A DNA stretch of 64,000 bases from assembly GCA_964270895.1 (NCBI GenBank), contig OZ185452.1; one strand, given 5' to 3'. The position numbers were made by a program, and so were the translations under genes. Origin of the DNA: Podarcis filfolensis (lineage: Eukaryota). Numbering within the stretch: position 1 is the first letter of the stretch; each line of letters starts with the position of its first letter. Shown here piece by piece: positions 25,376 through 40,214 of this stretch. Below the pieces are notes generated by a model, which had not been told where the DNA came from, searched no databases, and worked only from the letters and a program-made list of their open reading frames with translations.

Positions 25376-27594
25376 TAGCAATAACTTTTAATAATTCAGT
25401 TAAATAAGACTGTATGGAGAACAAAATTATTCACATTTTTCTGCTAGCTTTTAACTCTGGAATTAACATCCCCCAGATTCAGTTTCAAAATATTAGAATA
25501 TACTCTGGAGAAATAAATTCACTGGTTTGCTTCCTGGAAATTGTTTAAGGAAAGATTCTTCCAGGAAAACCTAACCCACGCTATAATAACTGTAGGGAAT
25601 TCTATGCATAGTAAGTTAAGGCATGTCATCTCACGTTGTTAACGTGCACAGCTTTTCAGACGTAGTGCTCACAATTTGTCTGCTTTCAGAATGCATAATT
25701 CTTGAGCATTTCTAATCAAATCATAAACACAAATAATGGACTGTCACTCAAATTCAGTTCAAACCTGGTTTTTTATGAAGTGTTTTTTATGCAGTGAAAC
25801 AAACTACAAATTAGTTTTTCAAAAACTTGCAATTCTCTGCTCAGGTTTATAACCAATAATGCTATTTTAAAACTGCAAATGTATTTTGAATATGCACATG
25901 TGATCCACATTTACTAACATACCCTCTAGTGAACCCCAAAATGGGTTGGTCTCATCTCATACTCACAACTTCCTTTACATAAAATGTTCGCTCATTTTAA
26001 AATGGCATAGTCATACATAGTTAACTTTTGTAAGAAAAAAACCAGAATGACTAAGCCAATCGTCTCCACAAGAAAAATCAGTGCCAAACTTTGACTAACT
26101 GCAATGATGCATAAGTACCAGAACTGAAGACCATCTTCTTTGAAAGCACATGCCAGTGTCAAGATATCTGAAACCCTCACTGGCTCAAGATCAGCAACAT
26201 ACTATGCTACATATTAGTACAAGGGGTAACCCTCCTCTCACCCGTTTTTTCTGGATCGTATTTCCTACTGCCACAATTATTTTGCAAACACTTAAGAGAG
26301 CTCTGCACCATTTACTGTTTTCTACTCTTATAGCTTCTAAAAAGGCCCCAAAGATTAAATTTAGTTCCTCTGAAAACTGCCACATAAATCCATAATCGGG
26401 GAGAGCCATCTTAGAGGCTCCACATATGACCCATTTTTAAACCCCCTTCTTCCCACCACAGTGCCTTGTGATCCCTGAAAAGCTGCTCCTGGAAGTAATG
26501 GGGCTCTCCATAAGTGCTAATACGTCACCAAAAGCTGCACTTAAAGGGGAACTCTAGAGTTGCCATATATAATGAAAGCACATGTTGGTGTGCACAGTCC
26601 TACAAACCCCAGCCTTCTCTAACCTACCTTTCAGGTTACAAAGCGCTGTACATTCTTTATCTCCATCATCCTCACATCAACCCTGTCCATAGTTTAGGCT
26701 GGCACAACATGCCCAATGCTACCAAGCATTTTAGAGCTAAAGTCTCGCCAAAGAGAGCATTACCATTTCCACCATGCCATCCTGTTTAAGTATCATCTCC
26801 ACATGTAATGCTTTTACAGTTTACCCCTTCCTTTTCAGCATGTCAGAATGTGTGAACCATGACCACCCTCTGTTTCAATCTTTGCTGCATATCTAACTGT
26901 TTCTCTGCAAACACAGCTGGCACCAGGCAATGTTAAATCTATTCAACGGCTTTTAAATAAGGAAGAAGTAAAAATATCCAGAACCGGTTTCACAGTCCCA
27001 TCCTACCAATTCTGCATGTAAAGCAGGAGGCTTCCCAAAGGTCAGTTACCAAATTTGGTCAACAATGGTGCCATCACTGCTGTCATCATTCTTGTCACTG
27101 TCAAGAGCAACAACTGTCACCTTGCTATTATCAGCGAGGGAAGGCAACTGGAATATTCCCCCCATGCAAATTCTATTTACAGTTTGCACTGCATCCAAAA
27201 AAAGATTTCCAGCAGTCTCAGTTAGTTTCATAACAATCAACCACACAAAGAATACTAGTTCACCTTCTTACTGGGGCCAAGGTTAACAGGCAAGAACTGG
27301 GAGATCCTACTTCAAATAAAAAAATATCATCGATCCCATGGATACTATGTATCAAAAAATGTTAGTGTGTATCTGGTTTAACTGGTATGCAATCCTGGCC
27401 CCATATGAAAACACAACTTTGAACTGCAGTATCCCAGCAAAATCAAACTTGTTCTGAGAAAATATGGTTAGGATTGAGGTCAAAGTAACTGCACTAAAAT
27501 CCAGAGACAAAACACTTTCTGGTAGAAAACATGATATTCAGTCCCAAGGCTAAAACTTAAGGCAAATTAAAAGATATGGTTTTTGCACTTCTCA

Positions 27595-28086
<492 letters not shown>

Positions 28087-28500
28087 TTACCCTAAGCATC
28101 AAGCTAGTGAGGTTACAAATTCAGCCAAGTCATCACTGCTGCCAACCATAACGTCTAATGGAGCTTCACACACAGGGTCAAAGGTGTTTAAACTCACACA
28201 CCTCTCTTAAGCCTCAGACAAACAGATTTTATTTTTCCCTCAACCTTCCTTTTTCAAAAAGCGAGGAGGAAAGAAAATACACTTCTTCACTTTTCAAGGG
28301 TAGCTCCCTCACCTCTGGCCCCGTCATACCATTTCCTATGCAAATGCCGGTTTTGCAACACAGTGCTAGCAGTGTGCCTTCTCGCCCCACTCCCGCACCT
28401 TCAGAATCCTCTTTTTAAACCAAGAGCGTTTAACAGGAATGAGGAACCAAGCCGGAAGGAAAAGAACAAAAGAAACAAAGGTCAAATAAGCAATAGGCTA

Positions 28501-29926
<1,426 letters not shown>

Positions 29927-29944
29927 GCCGCTGCTCTAATAGAA

Positions 29945-29950
29945 TTTATC
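29945..29950 (-). promoter_or_regulatory. TATA-like GATAAA box of the core promoter
   Basis: Minus strand GATAAATTCTATTAGAGCAGC, closely resembling the mammalian SERCA2 core promoter as I recall it. Confidence 0.75.
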
Positions 29951-29988
29951 CGAGCCAACTCGCGGCTGCCCCTCTTGCGGCCGCGGCA

Positions 29989-30007
29989 TGTGGACGACGC
30001 TCATTGG
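29989..30007 (-). promoter_or_regulatory. ER stress response element (ERSE; NF-Y plus ATF6)
   Basis: Minus strand CCAAT-GAGCGTCGT-CCACA with an exact 9-nt spacer, about 40 nt upstream of the GATAAA box. Confidence 0.85.
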
Positions 30008-30061
30008 CCGAGAGAGGAGAGCGAAGGGAGGGGGGAAGGGAAGAAGCTCCGCCCACCCGTC

Positions 30062-30071
30062 GTGACGTCAC
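30062..30071. promoter_or_regulatory. Palindromic CRE/ATF site
   Basis: GTGACGTCAC, containing the perfect TGACGTCA; GC box CCGCCC adjacent at 30049-30054. Confidence 0.7.
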
Positions 30072-30154
30072 CGCGAAAACCCGTATCCTGCTACTCGGCC
30101 CTTGCGCTGCTGCCGCTGCTGAGATTTCGCCAGAAGCCGGGAAGAGGCGCGAGG

Positions 30155-30184
30155 GAGGAGGAGGAGGAGGAGGAGGAGGAGGAG
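30155..30184 (+). repeat. (GAG)10 microsatellite in the promoter
   Basis: Ten perfect units read directly. Confidence 0.95.
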
Positions 30185-30303
30185 GGAGTCTACAAAACGA
30201 ATAATAAAAAAATTAGCCCCCCGCCCCGGGGATTGATTTTGCGGCGAGCGCTGACGCTTCGTTCCGTACAACTCCCGGAATGGCCTCGCTTGGAAAGGGA
30301 GTA

Positions 30304-30327
30304 GGCGGGCGGGCGGGCGGGCGGGCG
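30304..30327 (+). promoter_or_regulatory. (GGCG)6 array of overlapping Sp/KLF GC boxes
   Basis: Six tandem GGCG units giving four overlapping GGGCGG sites. Confidence 0.6.
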
Positions 30328-31803
30328 TCGAAACCAAAGCAATGTAAACCGGTTTGAAAAGGATCCGAGGAAAGTCTCTCGAGCGCCTTCCTCTTTCCAG
30401 CCGGGCTGGGGGAGGGGAGCCGACGCTGGGCGGCCGTTGGCCTCTCCGCCCGCCTCCGGGTCCCGTCAGGTCAAGGGGCCGCGTGGCCGGCCTTCACACG
30501 CACCCAACACGCCCAGCCGACCTTTCCAACACCTGAACCTTGCTGAATCTTTTAAACACGTTAACATATGTGTGTGAGAACATGTTGAAGCGCGCACACG
30601 CGTTCTACCTCTCAAGGCATTCTTATTGAGACGGCTTCGTTTTTCTGCCGTTTCCACACAGCTGCCATGAGGGCAGATGCGCCCCCCCCCCGCGGTTCTA
30701 ACAGCCCTTTTTAATATACAACATGTTTTTTACACTCTTGGCATGTTCACCTCACGAAGTCTTGCCTGAAGTACAGTCGCTATTGTTGATTTGATTAATT
30801 ACTCTTATCCCCTCAACCCCACCCTTTTATGTCTTCAGACCTGAAAAACAGTTGACAGGATTAAAAGCAGTTGAGGCAAGAAACATATAAGCAGTTGTAT
30901 CAACTACAGCCAACTATCTGAAAGGACCACAGATAAAAGCAAATAAAAAACAGCAGATTAAAAACCGATCAAAATCATTGGGGCGGGGGAGGAGAGAGGA
31001 AGGATGGAATACAAAATTGAAGGCTTTATGAAATAAAAAACGCAACTCTGACACAGAAGAGGCCCAGTGGATCTTCAAAGGGAGGATATCCCACAATCAT
31101 ACACCAAATGGCCCTTTCCAATGTTTCTTGGTCTTCCAAGATGGGCAGTCTTTCCCCTGCTGCCTAGCTGTTAGCTGATAGTAGACAGGACTGGATTCTG
31201 ACTTGTTATAAAACAGATTCCAGTGTGCCTGAGCTGAAAGTGCTTTGATTTGATCTATTTAAGGTCAAACTCCCAGGCATTTCAGCTGTGCATTATGCTG
31301 TTTAAGATCATCAGTCTTCAGTAAGTATTGCTGGAACACACAAGAGGACCATGCCTCAACCTCAAGCAGGTGGCACCAACATTATTTATTTACTACTAGT
31401 TGCCTTGTACCTGGCATTGCTTAGGACTGTAAGAAGCTAAAAAAGAAAGTGCAATTTTGAAAGGTTCAGTCCACCATCTTGATTCAAAATAGCATCTAAT
31501 TGTATCCAAACATAGATAAAAACTTGATCTCAGGAACCATCATACAAAATCTGGATACGATATCTTAAGTGTCCAAATGAACAGCAAACAAATAGATTAT
31601 TATTATTTTAGCAAATTATATTTGGGATATCAGATTACAATTTGGGAGGAAGATTAGCTCTTGCGTTTCCCACCCCTGCGTATTGATATATACTATAAAA
31701 CTTGGTGCCAGTGGTGTCCTCTAGATGTTGTTGGACTACAGCTTCTGTTTATCGCTGACCATTGGCCATGCTGTCTGGGACTAATGAGAGTTGGAGTCTA
31801 ACA

Positions 31804-31856
31804 ATCATAGAATCATAGAGTTGGAAGAGACCACAAGGGCCATCGAGTCCAACCCC
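31804..31856 (-). mobile_element. 53-bp CR1 3'-terminal fragment
   Basis: ATCATAGAATCATAGAGTTGGAAGAGACC is the reverse complement of the (ATTCTATG)n CR1 tail; AACAA on both flanks. Confidence 0.75.
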
Positions 31857-31890
31857 CAACAACATCTGGAAGGCACTACATGATAGGCTA

Positions 31891-32250
31891 GGTAAAGGTA
31901 AAGGTACCCCTGCCCGTGCGGGCCAGTCGTGTCCGACTCTGGGGTTGTGCGCCCATTTCGCTTAAGAGGCCGGGGGCCAGCGCTGTCCGAAGACACTTCT
32001 GGGTCACGTGGCCAGCGTGACAAGCTGCATCTGGCAAGCCAGTGCAGCACACGGAAACGCTGTTTACCTTCCTGCTAGTAAGCACCCCCTATTTATCTAC
32101 TTGCACTTTGACGTGTTTTCGAATTGCTAGGTTGGCAGGCGCTGGGACCAAGCAACGGGAGCGCACCCCGCCGCGGGGATTCGAACCACCGACCTGACGA
32201 TCGGCAAGTCCTAGGCGCTGAGGTTTTACCCACAGCGCCACCTGCGTCCC
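31891..32250 (-). mobile_element. Sauria SINE, full length
   Basis: tRNA-like head with intact B box GGTTCGAATCC, BovB-like 3' end GAGTCGGACACGACT, (ACCTTT)n tail; 14-bp TSD TACATGATAGGCTA (31877-31890 / 32251-32264). Confidence 0.92.
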
Positions 32251-35200
32251 TACATGATAGGCTATCTTAATATAAAACAAGTGGTGTTGGCATTCGTCAA
32301 ATGTTGGAGAATACGCATCAACCCCTTCTTTCTGCCCCCTAATGTTTTTTAACCAGCAAAAGTATGCACACCAAGGCAATACTAGAACAGGAAATTCTGC
32401 TCCTTCTGAAAAACTGCTTATTAGTACAAAATGCTTCCCTAGATTTTAGACCAGATTTATCATCCAGTGATAAAAGCTTGTCTGAGAGGGCATGATGGGT
32501 CACACATTTTATCAGGTAGGAGTTAAAATTAGTACTTCTCTTGCCGGAAAGGAGCTAGAACCTTGAAAGAAGAATGAACTATCTATGCAGATGCAATCAA
32601 AGTGTGGACAGGTCTACAAATAGGCTAATTCTGTCCCTTAAAACCAACATTGAAATATTACTCCCTGCCCCTGTTTACCTCTGTGGAATTTAGATGAGAG
32701 CATCAGGCTCTCCTGAAGGGATAATAATTTGGAAACGCATGGTGTTTTCTTGACCAATTTATCTCTCTTCACTGGCAAGCAAGTTATTTTGGCCTGTCTG
32801 TGAGAAGGCATCAAAGCTGATTGTAAACTGTGGAAGCATGAAAGCTTCAGGCAGATTAATTTTTGAGCTGGAGCAAGCTACAGAAAAATGTAACTAAAAG
32901 GGAGACCAACACATACGAATTCTCTGCTCCCGAGGAGCTGAGATTGCAGTGTGAATGCAGAGTGGGACCTTGGCAAGAAAGGCAGCACCGCAAGAGGTCA
33001 AATTAATTCTCAGTGAAATCCTGTTGGCTTTAATGGAATAAAATCCCTGTTCATTAATCTGATGAAGTTGGCCGTCACTCATGCTGCAAGATATCCTTTC
33101 ACCTCTAAAGTAATCCTGAATATTTTAATAGAGATTATGAAGGCTTTGAATCAGGATACCTGAAAGCTCAGCATCCAGGTCATGTGAAGTGATAATTAGG
33201 CAAAGAGTTACACTGAGCATGTGCAGATTGTCCCTGTTTCATGGTAGCCATATCCAGACCCCCACAAGTCTCCTGCTTTAGGTTCCTCATCAGGATTTAC
33301 CTCTTTCATTAAACCTTTGGCCTAATCTCATAATTCTCATCATGATCCAAAATTATGTCTAAAATTTAACTCAATTTCTCACCTACTCTCTGTGTGAAAC
33401 TTCACTTATCCTTTCTCCCCCCCTTTTTTGTCTCCCTCACAATACAAATATAGGTTGTGAGAAAGACCTATAGTGCAAGGATTTTTCTACTTCTCTTATT
33501 CTGCAAATGTTAATGGCAGTGTATATATGAAGGTGGGAAAGAAATTGAATAAATGCGTGTGCACACACACACTTTCTCTCTCTCCTATGAAAATACAATA
33601 TATTGGCTAATGGTACTTAGTATAATTGTCCATTCCATTATGACCAAATATGTTACTTTTAGGTGCCAGGCAAAAATGTTTCTTTTCATACAGGCTTTTG
33701 GCCTTTAACTTGGAGTGTTTTAGATTTTGCGGCCTCCACTAATGGGTGGGATGTGTTAAATTGCCTTTTATGCATATAAATGCTTTTAGCTTTTCTGTTT
33801 AGTTTTATCTTGGTTTTATTTTTTATTATACCAAATGTGTAAAAAATAATAATAATAATTACAAAATATAGCTCACTGGACAGAATATTAATCACCCCTG
33901 AATACTAAAATATACACACAAGTACCTTCCACTTTGGATTATACTATTCTAGTCTATTGACCTAATATTCCTTCTTCATCTATCTGTATTAGAACCAGAC
34001 CTCAACATTCTGTCATAGGTTGACCTAAACACAGATTCAATATGGGACCTGTGAAAGAGGATAGGGAGTCAGACAGAAGCATTCTTGATTCATAATGGAT
34101 GGGAAATGATCCCATTGCTTTGTCCTTTATAAGTTAATTGCTTGTTATCTTCTATGGAGAAAAAGCTGTGCATGAGGTCAATGAGTGTAGCATTTCTCTC
34201 TGCTCTGACACTAGATGACCCAACCCTCTCTGACAGACTATATATTGGACTACAACTCCCATTTGTTCCAGCAGTGCTACCTGAGGATCATGGGAGTTTG
34301 TAGTCCGAAACATCTGGAGAGCATCAGATTAGTGAAGGCTGCCATGGGGTGTCATTTTCCATTTCCTCCAAACCTGATTGGTGCCAAAGGAGGAAGTTTT
34401 GGGACAGGAGTTGGAGCAGCCAAGGAGCTGTCCAGCAGGATCTGGAAGGCTGGGCAGGGGACCTCCCCCTCACAGCTGTTGCACCAACAATTTGCAATCA
34501 GTAACTGATGGTTTTACAGTAGACCTGGCTCTGCCTCTTCTGGCATCTCCATGGGGCTCTGATCCAGAGCATGCACTGGTTGTACTTACCTCCTCTTCCC
34601 AAGCAGGACTGAGGACAGGGAGGCTTCAGTCTTCCAAACAGTTTGGGGTTTTAGCACAGGGAAACATTTGGTCCCTCATTATTGTAGCCTCCTCAAGAGG
34701 GGAATAATTCAGTTCTTTCTTAGGAGTTAACTTCCCAGGGTCCCCATCTGTGCTGGGGCTCAAAGTAGGGTTCTGCTTCTCCTTTGTGGAGAAAGTCTGG
34801 TTTGGTTCAGGGTCTGCACATAGGCAGGTACTGATACAGATTCATTTTGGTATTTAGACAGAGGACATCCTCCACTCCCACTCCGGTCTTTGCAATGCAA
34901 AAGCTTTCCCTCTGCATACATCCTGCCCATGATCATGGTGGGTATTTCCCCAGCAAAGAGTTGCAGTCATCTGGCATTAGGAGGAAGGCATTTCAGTTCA
35001 GAGAGTGCGGCTTGTTTCAGGCCCCAGCACTGAAGTACTGGAGAATTTGTAGATACAGAATGAATCAGGGCTTCCATCTTCGTTGCCACAATGTGGATAA
35101 AACATTTTTAAAAAATGAATGAAAGCATAAATGGGATTTGGTCTCAAGAAGGACATCTGCTTAAAATCATCATGCCCTCACCCCACATTATGTAAGGTGG

Positions 35201-36126
35201 CAGATTTGTTAGTTATGCTGGTGGCTGTCCTTAATATGTGTGACAATGGAGTTCTCTTTGATGCTCAAATGTCAGGCCAGTGTTTAATGGCTTTGGCTGG
35301 AGTTAAGCAAAGCACAGGAGGGTGCCATTCAAAATCCCCATGCAGTTCAGCCAGTTCATCCAAATGCTGACCTGCAATGCCCTTTCTATTTCAGGTTTGG
35401 GTCCCATCCATATAGATGCAGACAATATTCAACCTTCTCTCCATCAGACTATAGCCTAGACTGTTGTATGTGTGCAGATGGATAAATAGGGATATACTTA
35501 AGTGTTCACTGCTATCCAGGTTGAAACCAGGTAGTTCCATTACGTTTCAGTCCAATTTTAGCTACAGTTCTTAAGCTGTGGAGTTCACACTATATGACCA
35601 GACCACTGTGACTCTCAGTGTTTGTTGCTGTTGTCATAACTGCTCACGGAAATTAACTTCCCAATTATCCTATAACTCAGCAGTGAAAGAATGTGAGCGG
35701 AAAACTATTTTAACTTTCCTATTGAGCAAAACATAGATGGTGAAATGGTGGTAGAGGAAACTAATCTATTTCTCATACATTTTAGGCCATGTGCACGCAA
35801 ACAGGTCTCCCCCACTGGTTGCTGTGACAAGTAGGATTCGGTGCTATCTCAGCAAGTGAAGGAGGAGAGAGCAGAAAGCTGTTGTTGGAGGAATCCATTA
35901 CCAGATCCTGGTTTTGATTGTTTTTGTGGGCTCTCATGTACCCGTGTAACATTGGGCCCACTCACAGCAGCTGCCACCCACCCACTTTCTTACCTCCTCG
36001 GTAGTTAGGTAATTTAGGACTCTGGACTTAACCAACTGACACCTGCCTATTCTCCACAGTGGGGCAGAACCAGATAGTGACAGTGAAGAGTAGATGGAGC
36101 AGCAAGAGTTGCTGAAATTGCCCAGG

Positions 36127-36375
36127 GAACATAAGGACATCATAAGAGCCCTGTTGGATCAGACCAGAAGCCTATGCAGTCCAACATCCTGTTATGCTGC
36201 TGGCCAACCAGGTGCCGATGGGAAGCCCATCAGGAGAACAGGAGTGCAAGAGCTCTCACTCACTGTTGTTCTCCAACAACTGGTGTTCAGCGGCAGGCTG
36301 CTGCCTTAGTACATAGCTACCATGACCAATAGCCATTGATAGCCTTATCTTACATGAACCTGTGAATCCCATCTT
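36127..36375 (-). mobile_element. CR1-type 3' UTR, second family (also ~46210-46492 plus, ~59040-59170 and ~61912-62045 minus)
   Basis: GAACATAAG...GCCCTGTTGGATCAGACC...GGCCAACCAG...TAGCCATTGATAGCCTTATC, recurring across the window. Confidence 0.65.
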
Positions 36376-39299
36376 ACAGGTAGGTAAGTAGGCTAGGGTA
36401 GCAAAACAGGAGCAGTAAGATGGCCACTGCTGTCCAGCAGCACATTCAAGAGGGCTGCCATCAGTGGAGGGGGGTGCAGCTGCCCTGCTATGCCAACCAC
36501 TGACACTAGTCTGGGTCTGGGGGATTGACTGGGAGGCTAAATTAGAAAGCTGTAGGCCTGGGTTGCCGTCTGGCAGCCTATAACCATTGGCTGCAATTGC
36601 ATAAAAATTAGAAGATGGTAAAGCTGCATTTCTCTGATAGAATAAAACAGTTTAAATATAGCAACTATAGTTGGGTATTTTTGTAGTCATCTTGCTCTTT
36701 GATATCATGGGAATATGTCAAGCTCTATTTAAGAAGCTTAAAGCTTTGAACTACTTTTTTATTTTAAGAAATACATTTTAGGTGGTTGGAATAGTTATAC
36801 AAATCCAGTAAGGGAAAACTTCTCATATGTTGTTTTAAGTGTGTGTAAACGGAACAATTATTTGTGTGTCTGTGTGTATTATCTTTCTTGCCAGGCAATA
36901 GTGGGTGTTCCTGTTAGCATCAGGAGGTTGAAACTGGCAAGAGTCCTGAGATTATGGCTTCAAAAGGCAGCAGCTGAATTTCAATGACTTTTCAAACGGG
37001 GCTGTTCATCCCTCTCTGCATTTGTTCACAATATAAGTAATGCCGGTGAATCAGTTTCTATGAGCTCTGGGATGAAGAATCAAAGTCTGGGTTGTTGGTA
37101 TGTTTCTTTCTTTAATTCTCTCCCCCCCCCCCAAGCCTCCACATTATTATTTTGTTTGTCAGGAACATTCCTGTTTTGGAACCAGCTTTCAAAACTGTCC
37201 TATTCATTGCCTCTGCGTGATTGAATTTTGTATGTACCTACCTGGATCCTGAGATCATCAGTTGCCCTTTTCCCAGTACCCCCATAAGCTAACATATGAA
37301 AAGTGGCAAAGAGAAAGAAGTAATTTTGAGAGGTAGTTCCTGGTTATGGAATACCCTCCCCAGAATGGCTTACCTGGCACCAAATTTTCAGCACCAGGTA
37401 AAGTCCCTCACTCTGTCAAGGCCAGTTAATTATCTGCATTTCACTGTTTTAGGCTGATGGCTTTAGCTCTGTGTGGATTTCTGCTAGCTGCTGGATTATA
37501 TAATTTTTGTTAAATTGTGTTAATATTTTCTCTGATGTCATTTGGCGTTTTTGTGTTTTTGTGCTGCTACTGGTTGATCTTATTATTATTTTAGTCTATT
37601 TTATGCTGTGCCCCAACTACCCATAGTAGCCCCAACTCAGTGGGAGTCAATGACAACTAAAGGCAGCAGCGCCCCTTGAAATGAAGAAGTGCTTCACTGA
37701 AAAGTGGTGCCAATAGCTACAGTAGAACTGTTTAAGGCTCAGTCAGAGAACGACTGTTGCTGAAGCAATATTTGAGCTCTGCTCTTCCAAATTCTCCAGC
37801 CTGAGCCCTGCACAGAGTTCTCTAGGGTACTACTGAAACTTGCCTTGGCTCTGTACTGCTAAGGCTGCTGCTCAAATCAGAATATTATATTGCAGAGAAA
37901 TAAAAAGAAAACTTTATGGCTTCTAGAAAGACTTGCCTTTCTCATTTCTGCTGTTTGTTCCCTGGTTATTCCTCATTTGGACGACTAGGAGCTTGTCCAC
38001 CCCAGAGTTCACTATGCGTTCATTGTGTCTTTGCATTTCCATTTAATTTGCATAGTCCACAAATCATTATCTTCAAACAACACCAATATTGTTGATTCTC
38101 CACTGTGAATTTGGGGTTACCCAATATGGAAATTATCCAATAAATTGAGGGAAATTGATCTCTAAACTTCTGCACTTGAGGGTCACAGATTATTTGGGGG
38201 GGGTTGTGTGTGGGGTGGATGGCTTAGTCATCACTTTCTGCCACTACTTCCTCAATGCTTTCATTGCTTTTCTGGCTGTGCTTGTAACAATACACAGTGC
38301 TCTCCTAAATGAAGGAGCTCACCCTTGATCCCTCAGATTTGCATGAAATCAGAAAAATGCAAAGCAAACCACTCCATATGATTGTGCTGAGAATTTACAA
38401 TTGCCTGGCTGTGCTTTTGTGCACTTCCTGGGCAGGGTTTTATTTTTTAAGGGGCCTGCACAGCTACTGATGTGCATGCCCTGTTGGTACTTAATCAGCA
38501 TAATATAATAAAGAAATTAGAAGATGGGGACATACACAAAAGGTAACCCCTACAGGTATGAATGAGAAAGACCCAACATGCATACAAATCCTGACATACA
38601 AATCCAAGCATGTGCGGGTGTAGATGACTGGCCTAATTTGAAGATGGGGGAGCGGATTAACAGCTAAATAATGCTCAAACACAGACAAGCCCTACTAATG
38701 TACTGTATATTGGCCCTCTTGGTTTGCCATGCAAAGAAGTGCTTGACTCCCCTCTCAGGCTCTGCACTTTCATTTTTGGTTCTGTGTTGCCAGCAACAGT
38801 TTGCTGTATGACATTTTCTCAGTAGGTTTCTTCTTACTGACGTTCTTGATAGCTAAGGCTCTGTGTGGCTTCTATAATGTTTTTTTAAAAATGAATTCAA
38901 CTATCTCAGCCCTCAAAAACATATGACAATAAAAGCTCTGTATTAACAAGGTGAGGTGAAATGGGAATATGCTTCCCCCCTTCCACTGTGTGCTGAAAAC
39001 TGCCCCCTCTTGTTGAATTCTGCAAGAGCAGGGAACGCTCCACAAGACCTTGGTGCTTGACTTCTCTGCCCCAGAGGCAAGGAAGATGAGTAGCAATGCT
39101 GCATGCCAGAACACTTGCCTCTCATTGGAACTCAGTGAGGGGGGATGTTCCAGTGGTGGTGGAAGCGGTGGGGCAAGAGTGGTGCCGCCTCTTGCACTTC
39201 CACTGCCTGAGGCAGCTGCTTCACCCCACCTAATGGGTGAGCTGGCTTTGCATTGACAAGTTTCTCCTAAAACCCAGCCACTTAGACGGGGGGGGGGCC

Positions 39300-39412
39300 T
39301 AACCTATAACCCTCCAGATGTTGTTGGACTCCAACTCCCATCAGCCCCAGTCAGGATGGTCAACCGGGATGGGAGTCACAAGTCCAACAACATCTGGAGG
39401 GTTACAGGTTCT
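39300..39412. mobile_element. Palindromic MITE (CTCCAGATGTTGTTGGACT family; decayed copies near 23805, 31717, 34216, 44606)
   Basis: 23-bp perfect arms AACCCTCCAGATGTTGTTGGACT / AGTCCAACAACATCTGGAGGGTT. Confidence 0.75.
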
Positions 39413-40068
39413 GCATCCCCGCTCCAAAGATTTAACCTAAACAGGATATGCCCAGAAGAGACTTTGAGCCCAGAGAATAACATTCACAGAGAGTTCCCAG
39501 AGCTCAATATTTTGAGGCTCAGTGTCCTGCTTTTCTCTTTGCCTTGTGCATGGCTCTTATCTACGTCAGAGGGATTTATATGCTCACTGAAATTGTCCTG
39601 ACCTCCAAACCCTTTTCTATTTTAGGCTGTTTGACTTCTTGACATTTTCCCGGTTATTCTCAGATGTTTTGCTGCATTTTACCTAAAGCTACACTATGCT
39701 GGAGACACATGTAAAGCCAACAGCTTTCCCTCCTTAGAGCCATTTAGTTATTTGATTCAGAAAAAGGGGTTGCCAGGCTTTAGAATATTCCTGCCCGGCT
39801 CTCCCAATTCCTTTAGCAGCCTGGCATGCTAATAGGAAGTAGGTGAAGCATTTCCTGGCATGGAGATAAACTATGAGGAAAACTTTCACTTGCTAGATTT
39901 CTGGGTCAGACATAGGAGTAGAGACAGAAAAAAAGTTGGCCTTTTTTTTCCAGAACATTCCACTGCAATTCAATTAACAGTTGGCTGTATTTTAACAGGT
40001 TTTTTAAATAAAAGAACCCTCTTACGGATTGCACAAACATGAATTGCAAAAGCAATATTAAATGTGCA

Positions 40069-40214
40069 CAGTGGCGTAGCGTGGGGGTGCAGGGGGGGCC
40101 GGCCGCACCGGCCGCAACATTTGGGGGTTAGGGTTAGGGGGCGCAAATCCACGGGTTAGGGGGCGCAAATTACTTGCCTTGCCCCGGGTACTGACAACCC
40201 ACGCTACGCCACTG
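40069..40214. mobile_element. hAT-type MITE (CAGTGGCGTAGC termini)
   Basis: TIR CAGTGGCGTAGCGTGGG / CCCACGCTACGCCACTG; perfect TSD AATGTGCA. Confidence 0.9.

Noticed and set aside
37664-37682. CTCF-like motifs (CAAGGGGCGCTG here; CCACCAGGGGGGTG at ~51080; GGTGGCGCTG in SINE heads)
   Set aside because: Each misses conserved core positions; not supportable without a PWM scan or ChIP
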